Assembly (NCBI GenBank): GCA_965197475.1 | Contig: CBDANF010000003.1 | Coordinates: 2,464,001 to 2,528,000, forward strand | Direction: 5' to 3' | DNA: 64,000 bases | Source: Candidatus Poribacteria bacterium | GTDB lineage: Bacteria; Poribacteria; WGA-4E; WGA-3G | Shown: positions 10,503 through 18,959 of the stretch, one piece after another | Layout: every line of letters starts with the position of its first letter | Numbering within the stretch: the first letter of the stretch is position 1 | Program-made: the position numbers and the translations under genes | Notes under the pieces: generated by a model | What the model was told of the DNA's origin: nothing | Seen by the model: only the letters and a program-made list of their open reading frames with translations | Databases searched by the model: none

Positions 10503-10729
10503 CAGATACTCCTTGAAATAGGAGTTGCTTTTTCTGACGGATTTCTGATATAATACCAGATAAGATTAGAACCGTCAAAAAGCAACTCGCTTTTTGTGTT
10601 CATTTAGGGGGCTACCAACCCCCTACTTTCTTATCTATATTGTATCATAGTTGCACAATTAAAACAAGTGGAAATGTAGTCTACATCTGTGTTTGTAGCG
10701 ATTTTTACATGTTTGTTGCAAGTCCAAAA

Positions 10730-10987
10730 CTACTTATTGCGTTTCACTTTTAGCCTTACATACAGAGAGTTTTGTAGAACTCGCCCTTGTAAAACTTGAT
10801 ACAAATTTTCGCGTAGTGATTCAGAAACCTTTTGACACGGACAATGAGAGGTTGGAATTTGCTCTTGACATGATCGATGCTCTGAAAGATGGAAAGCCAA
10901 CTTTTGAACTTCCACAGCATTTTCCCTCAAATCCTGATGACAAAAAGAACAAGATTGATAAGGCATACCTTTAGTTGTGTCCATCAC
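10730..10987 (-). pseudogene. Cys/His-rich cargo ORF of IS1595 copy 2, truncated by the copy 1 TIR
   Basis: Overlaps the transposase-2 stop; runs into the TIR at 10741. Confidence 0.45.
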
Positions 10988-11865
10988 CGCATACTTTCAT
11001 TAACAAACTTATCAAAGATACTGTCAATGCTCCTATAGTTGTACTTATAGCACGCCTCTGCTACATACAGGGGCGTATATTCAGTCCAGTAGTGGTGATG
11101 ACTTCCATACCAAGCTCGTTTGAGTAGACTCCAAAACCCCTCAATTGTGTTTGTGTGGACATCACCCTCAACAAATTGCGTTTGATGATCTATGATATGG
11201 TGTTTCATCTCCTTGCCGATAGCGAGATACGCCTTATACTCATCGGTCATCAACTCCGAATCCTCAACTTTGACGACTCTTCGGATAAAGTCTAAAATAG
11301 TCCGTCCTGTCAAATCTTTAGCGAGTTGTGCTACAACTTTCCCGCCCCGCTGTACTGCCCCGATAATAGCGTCTTTCTCTGTTCCACGTCCACGCTTGGC
11401 AGGCACGTGGTCTTCCTTCTTATTAGGCTTACGAGGTTTACCCCCGATGTAAGTTTCATCTGCCTCTATGATGCCTTGTAGTAGCACGTTACCTTTCTTT
11501 GCCATTTCAGCACGGATACGAGTCATGATATACCATGCTGTCTTTTGATTCAAGTCTAAATCGCGCGCAAGTTGATGACTTGACAAACTTTTCTTCGCAT
11601 TCGTTATCAACGAAATAGCCAAAAACCACTTCTGTAACGCTATCTTTGTCCCGTGAAACACCGACCTGCACGTCACCTTGAAACTCACTTGGCACTCGTG
11701 GCAGTTCCAACGACCGATACGACCGATTTCTGTTTCTGTCCGTTCTCCTATATGATCGCTTTCACAATGCGGACACACAGGTTTACCTCGCCACCGAATC
11801 TTCTCTAAATGCGAAATACAACTCTCTTGATCGGGAAAACGCTCCATCACCTTCAACAAATCCAT
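10984..11865 (-). CDS. IS1595-family DDE transposase, copy 2
   Basis: Same motifs as copy 1 and closely related; single remaining TIR at about 12062-12084. Confidence 0.95.
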   Translation of the reverse strand: MDLLKVMERFPDQESCISHLEKIRWRGKPVCPHCESDHIGERTETEIGRIGRWNCHECQVSFKVTCRSVFHGTKIALQKWFLAISLITNAKKSLSSHQLARDLDLNQKTAWYIMTRIRAEMAKKGNVLLQGIIEADETYIGGKPRKPNKKEDHVPAKRGRGTEKDAIIGAVQRGGKVVAQLAKDLTGRTILDFIRRVVKVEDSELMTDEYKAYLAIGKEMKHHIIDHQTQFVEGDVHTNTIEGFWSLLKRAWYGSHHHYWTEYTPLYVAEACYKYNYRSIDSIFDKFVNESMR

Positions 11866-12072
11866 CAGATAACTCCTTGAAATAGGAGTTGCTTTTTCTG
11901 ACGGATTTCTGATATAATACCAGATAAGATTAGAACCGTCAAAAAGCAACTCGCTTTTTGTGTTCATTTAGGGGGCTACCAACCCCCTATTTTCTTATCT
12001 ATATTATACCATATAAACCCAGTGGACACAAGGCTTTATAGCGATTTTTTAAAATTTTTCTCAAGTTCAAAA

Positions 12073-12597
12073 CTACTCATTGCGTTTCTTTTTACCACTA
12101 TAATAACCCTTTTGAGTTTGTGGGTCTTTGGGGCGTCGTATCGGGCGTTCGGTGCTATCATGAAAAAAATGTTCTCCTTCTTGATTTTGAGTTGATACTT
12201 TTGATGGAGCACATATAGGTGCGGGGTCTGTTTCCCGAGATGGCAACTCTCCAAGTTCTGCTAATGCTTTGTTCAATATCGATAAAAGCAAGTGAATCCA
12301 TCTATTAGCAAGAGGTTGAGACATGCCAAAGAGCGCACCGAATAGCACTTGTTTCGGTGCTTCACGAAGGTAAATCAGTATAAATAGCAACATATCTTCA
12401 GGTGTATCAAAACGACTATTTTTATACGGTTTATATCTCCGTTTTTTGCGCGGTTTTCCTGCAAGGGTATGTGTTTGAACATACTCTAAAAAACATTTAG
12501 TAAAATAAGGTGATAGTTCAGTCCAATCTTCTAAGGTATATCCGGTGAGGGACAGGAGCGTATCAGGTTTGTCCCTTAGTTCTTGAAAACTTATCAT
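12073..12597 (-). pseudogene. IS5/ISL2-like transposase, N-terminal half
   Basis: HTH_Tnp_4-like SLTGYT...LLFILIYLR; DSTERPIRRP..Q..YYSGKKKR, cut by the IS1595 TIR. Confidence 0.85.
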
Positions 12598-12689
12598 GAG
12601 TTAGCCTCCTATTGTCCGATTGTAATAAGTATAATAGAGACTAACCAAACGGACAACTAATTAGTTATAATGTCTATTATACACCTCAC

Positions 12690-12756
12690 CTATAGGAGCG
12701 ATCTCCTGATCGCGACCAAACGCAGTAATAGTCGGGAACAGGAGTTCCCTCCTACC
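12690..12756. repeat. GTAG-type REP doublet (TAGGAGCGATCTCC...GGAGTTCCCTCCTAC)
   Basis: Close relative at 54672-54735. Confidence 0.6.
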
Positions 12757-12773
12757 GTTCAATAATATTGAAT

Positions 12774-12932
12774 TATAGTAAAATCTGTAATTATCTGGAC
12801 ACTGCTGTAGCGTCCACTTTCAGTTTGCGCAAGGACGACACAAACTAAAAGTTTGTGCTACAAAATATGCGGTAGGAACTGTTTCCCAACTGGACCGATA
12901 ACAATGTCCAAGTAATTCTAAAATCTACTATA
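12774..12932. mobile_element. 159-bp IS630-type MITE, copy 2
   Basis: Identical to 2067-2225. Confidence 0.85.
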
Positions 12933-13292
12933 ATATAAGATTTAATTGATACACATTTCGCCCCGCGGGCTAATAGGGGTTGTTCACCAGCGTTTCTATA
13001 AACATTTCGCCCCGTTGGGTCTGCCTTTGCTGCACCTATAATAGTTTTTCTGTGGGTTACAACTTTGCACAAAACTCGTAGAAAAATAGAAAGGACTTGA
13101 GAACACAACATGAAACAGACAGAAATTGTCCAAACTTTAGTAACTATAAGGGAATTGATCGATTTTCAATAGGTAGCAAATTGAGTTATAATTCTAAAGT
13201 GCTCTGCCTTGCTACAGTAGATTCGTCAATTCACGCTGAAATCTATCCTTACGGATATCCGTTCCCTCCTATTATCCTGTTGTTAACCTTCT

Positions 13293-13315
13293 GTATAGTT
13301 ATAGTATAATATTGA
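13293..13315 (+). promoter_or_regulatory. Possible Zur-like operator overlapping a TATAAT -10
   Basis: GTATAGTTATAGTATAATATTGA resembles proteobacterial Zur consensus GAAATGTTATANTATAACATTTC; lies upstream of a His-rich outer-membrane gene. Confidence 0.35.
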
Positions 13316-13344
13316 AAACTGCTAATTGTTCTGAGGTGGACACT

Positions 13345-14516
13345 ATGCAAAAATTATTTCTCAAAATTATTAAACCGCAGGCCTTTATTGGGTGCTTTAT
13401 ATTACTCATATTAACCGGTATTTCACTTGTTTCTGCTGACGAGGAACACGGTGAATCAACCCGCCCCGACAGCTACGGACCAATCGGTGTAATGGGGGAG
13501 CAGGTGAGTTGATGCTTTCATATTGTTTTATGGGTATGGGTATGAATGGACTCCGAGATGGGGCTGATCCTATTTCAACCGAAGAAGCCCTCAAAACTTA
13601 TGCTATGGTTCCGACCGTAATGCAGATGCAAATGCGCATGTTCGGTGCGATGTTTGCGCCTCACGATATTGTCACGTTCATGGCGATGACAAGTTATCGG
13701 AGTAATTTCATGGAAATGAAAGGCGCACATGCTCACGCTACTGGAGGACATGACCATGCTGTAGGAAATCACGAGATCGAGAGCGGCGGACTTGGCGACC
13801 TCAGGCTTTCTGCACTGATTCCTTTACTCAATAGATCAAATTTAGTCCTACTTCTTAAAGCGGGTGTCTCTATCCCGGTAGGTTCTATTCCTGTAGAAGG
13901 CACACACGGTGGAACGGAGGAGGTAGTTCTTCCGTATCCGATGCAATTGGGTTCCGGTTCTTTTGAACTGATGCCTGGTGCAACCGCTGCGACAACACAG
14001 GGCAATTGGTCGTTTGGTTTGCAGGCGAATGCTGCAATTCCTCTCAATGAAAACAATCGAGGTTATAAATTGGGAACTTCTATTGGCACTACGGTTTGGG
14101 GCACACGCAAGCTCAATGACTGGCTCAGTGTTTCTATCCGTGGATCGTTTAAAAATTGGGGCAATATTTCTGGTCAAGATGCGGCATTCGCCCCAAAAGA
14201 CGAGATGGAATCGACAGAAGATCATCATGATACTGAGGAGCATGGAACCCAGGATGCTCATCATGCAGCACCGATGGAGACAACCGATGTTTATTATATC
14301 GCGCCAACGATGGACCCAAATCTTCGCGGCGGCACGCGCGGCAGTTTGTCAGCAGGTGTGAACTTCATCGTTCCTGACAGAGTCGGTGGTGTTTTGGCGG
14401 GGCAGCGGCTTGCTGTTGAGTTACAGATGCCGGTCTATGAGAATCTTGACGGACCACAGATGGGATTGGATTGGACTATTGTTGCTGGTTGGCAATACGC
14501 TTTTGCGTTATGGTAG
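13345..14516 (+). pseudogene. His/Met-rich outer-membrane beta-barrel 'transporter' (MetA-pathway family), frameshifted near 13500
   Basis: Signal peptide + RPD..PIGVMG in one frame; (GEL)MLSY..M.M, SGGLGD, PYPMQLGSGS and C-terminal GWQYAF in another. Confidence 0.75.
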
Positions 14517-14772
14517 AGCGGTTGTTGACTTTCGGCAGCTGGCTATTGGCTGTTGGTTATAACGTGCTGCTTACCAATTTTTTGGATGATCGGACTACTG
14601 CTTGGGTCTTAGGTTATTTCCAAGAGGATGCCGCAGCGTTCGGTGCTTAAATCTGTGCAGGTTAGACCGGGCGGTGGTTCTCGAATCGGTTGCGGTGTGA
14701 TTGGATTGATAGAGTAAAAGTTAACTCTTTTATAGAAGTGAACTCCTTAGTGGCGATTTCTAACTGCAGCTA

Positions 14773-15270
14773 TTACTGTGCCTCGCCTGCCTCCCGTAAC
14801 ACAAAATCAATCAGCGAGTCGCTCATACGCATTCCGTTATTTCGCAATGCCATTAAAAGAGGCTTAATTGCATCAATCAAGCCTTCTTCCTTTGCCTCCA
14901 GCAAAATACCCGCCGTTCCCTTCACAATGAGTCCGACTCTTTTAGCCTCCTGCCGTGCCTTCTTCTCATCTATAATCACAAAAGAAGCCTTGTGCTCATT
15001 AGCAAGAGCCAAGACCTCGGCTTCACCGTCATCAAGCCCTTCATAAACCGCTGCGTTTTGCGGATCCGTTAAATCAACAGTTTTAATCCACGGAGCATCA
15101 TTGAGTGCTTGTTGACGAACTTCTTTTTTCGTTCGGAGAAATTCCCTTTCAACTTCTCGTGGTATCCATACTTCTGTATAGAGATCCCGAAACAGAGAAA
15201 GAAGGTTTAGTCCCCAGAGCGAAACGAGGGGACTATTATTACTGATGATTGGCTTTACGGGCATTCTCAA
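14773..15270 (-). CDS. DUF3368 PIN-domain protein (COG2405, toxin-like)
   Basis: ISNNSPL, IPREV..E, LDDGEAE, IIDEKKAR, GTAGILL. Confidence 0.9.
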   Translation of the reverse strand: MRMPVKPIISNNSPLVSLWGLNLLSLFRDLYTEVWIPREVEREFLRTKKEVRQQALNDAPWIKTVDLTDPQNAAVYEGLDDGEAEVLALANEHKASFVIIDEKKARQEAKRVGLIVKGTAGILLEAKEEGLIDAIKPLLMALRNNGMRMSDSLIDFVLREAGEAQ

Positions 15271-15898
15271 GCTCCTCTTTCAGATCTTCAGCTGTACCAA
15301 AAAGAGAAAGCTCATAATCCCCCATCAGATACCAAAATTTTTCGCGCGACACACCGGCAAGTCGTGCAGCGAGTCCACTGCTCAGTTCTTCATTTTCATA
15401 ATATTTCATCGCCAACGCTATACGCGCATCTTTATCAATTTCAAAAGACTCTGGATTCGAAGCCAGCAGATGTAAGATGTCTTCCGGCAACTTAACCCCT
15501 ATTTCCTTCTCAAATGCGGCGATACTTCCGTGTGTGTTATGAAATGCATCGGCAATATCCACACCTTGGAGTATAGCAACAGTGAGGTCTCTTTTCGCTT
15601 CTTCCCACTGTTTTGCGCGCAAGTATGCCTCACCCCGTGTATAATAGGATTCGGCAAACTTTGGCTTCAGGACAAGCATTTGGGTGTAGTCTGCAATAGC
15701 CTTGTTCAACTCGCCTTTGTCACGATACACATTACCGCGATAGTGGTGTGCATCGGCATAATCGGGGTTGAGTTTTATGGCTTTGGTATAATCAGCGATA
15801 GCAAGTTCCAACTCACCTTTTTTGCTGTGAGTTAACCCGCGATTGAAATACGTCTTGGCGAGTTTTTGATTGTGTTCTCTTGTCATTTTCTTCTCCAC
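15239..15898 (-). CDS. TPR protein fused to UPF0175 (COG2886) antitoxin-like domain
   Basis: Three TPRs (YFNRG..AIADYTKAI.LNPDYA); C-terminal LAMKYYE...SSGLAARLAGVSR..F. Confidence 0.85.
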   Translation of the reverse strand: MEKKMTREHNQKLAKTYFNRGLTHSKKGELELAIADYTKAIKLNPDYADAHHYRGNVYRDKGELNKAIADYTQMLVLKPKFAESYYTRGEAYLRAKQWEEAKRDLTVAILQGVDIADAFHNTHGSIAAFEKEIGVKLPEDILHLLASNPESFEIDKDARIALAMKYYENEELSSGLAARLAGVSREKFWYLMGDYELSLFGTAEDLKEELENARKANHQ

Positions 15899-15920
15899 GA
15901 TGTGGATGACTTAAGGGTAA

Positions 15921-16142
15921 TCATAGCATGTCCGGTGAACAGATTTCAACCGATTTATTGGTATGAAGGGCGAGATACTCGCTTACTTCAAAATTCATTC
16001 GATCAATCTCAGCAAAAAAGCCGCCCGCGGATAACTCATAATTCTTAGGATTGGTTTCGACTTGCGTAAGTTTTTCGACTTGTTTTTCAAAGCGTTTAAT
16101 GCGATCCAGCGTTGCCTCAAACTCTTGATTGTTCCGAATCAT
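15921..16142 (-). CDS. Small helical hypothetical protein
   Basis: MIRNNQEFEATLDRI...EIDRM..EV.EYL; RBS GAGGTG. Confidence 0.65.
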   Translation of the reverse strand: MIRNNQEFEATLDRIKRFEKQVEKLTQVETNPKNYELSAGGFFAEIDRMNFEVSEYLALHTNKSVEICSPDML

Positions 16143-16198
16143 TGTGACCCACCTCAATTCTACCGTATTTGATGCTTGCATTGTGTATTGCTTGGAAT

Positions 16199-16464
16199 TT
16201 ATATAGTTTCCGGATCCTCTACTTGATCAAGTGTTTCAGAAAGTGGGCCAACACGCATTTTGAGTTTCTTCGCTAATCCTTTATCACCCCGGATTAAGTT
16301 AATAACTATGCTTTCATAATCTGTTTTGTTTTGACATTTGAGAGATTTAGCGATTGTTTCAAGAGCACAACTATCATCCACTGGATAACGAGCTACCAGC
16401 TTGTCAAGGTTCCCATCTTCAATAAGTTTATTGAAACGATTAAGTTCATCAGTGAAAGGTGAAT
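16199..16464 (-). pseudogene. 3' remnant of a gene truncated by IS630
   Basis: Open frame NSPFTDELNRF...LVARYPV...ETI* starts exactly at the IS630 TA junction; no start codon. Confidence 0.6.
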
Positions 16465-16466
16465 TA

Positions 16467-17199
16467 TAGTAAAACCTGTAATTACTTATACACTTTTATA
16501 ATATCATCAATAGAGGTCTCAGCGTTGTATTGACGTATTCGCTTGATGTTAGCGAAATCTTTCTCAATCGGATTCAACTCCGGTGAATACGGCGGTAAAA
16601 ACAACAAACTCGCACCGCATTCCCGGATCAATGCTTCTGTTTGTGAACCTTTGTGGAAAGAGGCATTATCCATAATCACAACGTGGCTGTCGTCAAGCAA
16701 AGGACATAACATCTCCGAAAGCCATGCGTTGAAGGCAACCGCATCGCAACTACCTTCGAAAAGCACAGGCACTGTGAAACATCCATCAAGACGTGCCGCA
16801 ATCAAGGTTGTGGTGGTATACCGATGACTTGGCACTTTATCTTCAACACGGACACCTTTCGGGCATAAGCATACCGACGGAAATCGGTTTCGGTGAAACC
16901 ACTTTCGTCAAGATAAACCGGTTTTTTGCCATGCTCGTGTGTCTCTTGTTGAAGTGCCGAGAGATACTCTTGGCGTTTTACCGGACACTGTTCTTTGTAG
17001 GTCGTGGTCTTTTTTTTCGCGTGATATTGAGTTTTGCCAAGGCATAAAAGATGCCGTTTGTTGAAACACCGAAGTGTTTGGCACGTTCGGCGAGTGTGCT
17101 ATCGGGAAAATCGGCAACATGTTGTTGAAGCGCATCATAATCAATGTGTCGGGGCCCTTTGGGACCCGGCTTCTCATAGGCAAAGGGGTCTTCTGCTTC
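16467..17199 (-). mobile_element. IS630-family element A (inactive, 5' end lost)
   Basis: HTH ORF ..DSTLAERAKHFGVS..ITRKK, A-run frameshift, YLDESG, MDNASFH, LPPYSPELNPIE; extra 1-nt deletion near 16862; TIR TAGTAAAACCTGTAATTA. Confidence 0.9.
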
Positions 17200-17201
17200 T
17201 A

Positions 17202-18356
17202 ATACCATTTCTGAATAATTATATTCCATTTGCGACTTTCGTGAAATATTTAAAATTTGTGATTTGAGCAATAGCTGCCTTCGTATACTTTCTCAAGATT
17301 TGTGTGATTTTGTCCTGCATTTCCTCTATTGACCCCAATGTGTGCTGAAACAATTTGGCTTTGATGTCTTGCCAGAGTCTTTCGATCGGGTTCAACTCTG
17401 GACTATAAGGGGGTAGAAAAATCAAGGCGATGTTGTCAGGAAGTTGTAGCGATTTCGCCTGATGAAAACGACCATTATCAAGCACAAGGACATTTAGCGT
17501 CTTTGGAAAAGTCTTTGCTAACTCATCAATGAATACTTGGAAACAGACACCATTGAGCCAGGGCATTTCAAGGAAGAAACTTTCTCCTGTTATCGGTTCC
17601 ACAGCTCCGTATAGATAAAGGCTCTGGTAAGTGTGATCAACATTGGCAATCGGTTTAACACCGCGTAAGGTGGGATGCCGAGACGACACAGGCAAAAGAC
17701 CACACCTTGACTCGTCTTGGCAAAAAAGTCGGACGCTTTGAAAAGAAGATGCCTTCTCCGAAATCACCTCCTCAACTTTGGTAGCGAAGTTAGCAACGAA
17801 CGCATCACACGCTACATCGTTTTTTTATGACTTTTGCGAGGCACTTTGAGTTTCGCATTCCATTTATACCGAACTAACGCATGAACTGTTTTATAGTGCA
17901 TTTGGACACCGAAGGTTTCTTCAATATAATCTGTTATCTGTTGATAACTGGAAAAACCTTCTGGTTTTTGAAGTTCCGCTCGCAGCAGCTCTTGTTGTTC
18001 TTTGGATAACCGAGGGGGACGCCCCGGGGAATAATCACGATCCAAAAGCGCATCAAGTCCTTCAGTCTCATAAGTCGCTATCCAGTGTCCAATCGTTTTT
18101 CGGCTGACACCTAACCTCTCAGCGACTTGCTTGCGAGTTATTGCTTGACCACTACGAAATAGGTAAAGGGCTGTCAATCTTTGCTTTTGATAACCTACTG
18201 ATGTCTTTCTCAACAGCCTTTTCAACTCTGAAACACTTTCTGTAATCTCTGGAGGCTTTATGTGCATTGGTATCAATCCTATGATTTGTATAATTGGAAA
18301 AAGTATAGCAGAAATTGAAAACTTTTAAAAGGATAAATATATACAAGAAATGGTAT
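17202..18356 (-). mobile_element. IS630-family element B (two ORFs 17812-18276 and 17219-17767, probable -1 frameshift)
   Basis: TA-flanked TIR ATACCATTTCT/AGAAATGGTAT; QDESR, LDNGRFH, LPPYSPELNPIERLW; A7 slippery site at about 17820. Confidence 0.92.
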
Positions 18357-18927
18357 TACTTTCCTCTTAGCGGGAGTTGTAATTGTTTCAAACATAAAAG
18401 CAATCCCGCAGAATGAGACGCAAAAATCCGACGAATCTAAAAATGAAAATCCACGGAAACTCACTCAAAATGCAGGATTAGCATCATTTGTCCCACTTAC
18501 ACAAAGCGGTTATAAATTAGCAATCCGTTTTGCAGCTCGTGAAGATTTAAGAAAGAAACTTGCACCACTTTTCTTAAACGAATTGCGAAACATAAAAGAC
18601 GTTATACTTGTCGAAAATGATAGAGAAGCTGAGCTGATAATTCCTATTACGGCAGTATGGATCCAAAACGAGGATGAAGATAAAACGAAATTAATTATTA
18701 CACTCTGCGCTAATTTTCTCAAACCACTTGATATTGATAGGATTAAACCGAATATCATTCCGGAAAGGTGGGAGGAAACTAACAAACTTCTACAAGACAC
18801 CTTTGTGATGGTAACTACAGCAGTTTACACGTCTTCGATTAAGAAACTTCCGGAGTTAGTGAAAGAAATTGTGAGCGTAATGGATAGGGAAATTTTGGAA
18901 GTTGATAGAAAAAGGCGGCGCAAATAA
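18355..18927 (+). pseudogene. Secreted hypothetical protein lacking its 5' end
   Basis: Frame of ORF 18583-18927 is open back to the IS junction and begins with half a signal peptide (ITFLLAGVVIVSNIKA). Confidence 0.55.
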
Positions 18928-18959
18928 ATGGGCATTACTGGGACTCGTCCAAATTGGGC

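Larger units (their letters stand above)
8772..10741 (-). mobile_element. IS1595-family element with passenger genes
   Basis: 29-bp perfect TIR CGCAATAAGTAGTTTTGGACTTGCAACAA at both ends; contains a transposase and two cargo ORFs. Confidence 0.9.
8755..12676 (-). mobile_element. IS5-family (ISL2-like) element disrupted by nested IS1595 elements
   Basis: Outer ends TAGACTATATAATAATT (8755) and, as reverse complement, TAGACATTATAACTAATT (12676); only the 5' half of its transposase remains. Confidence 0.6.
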
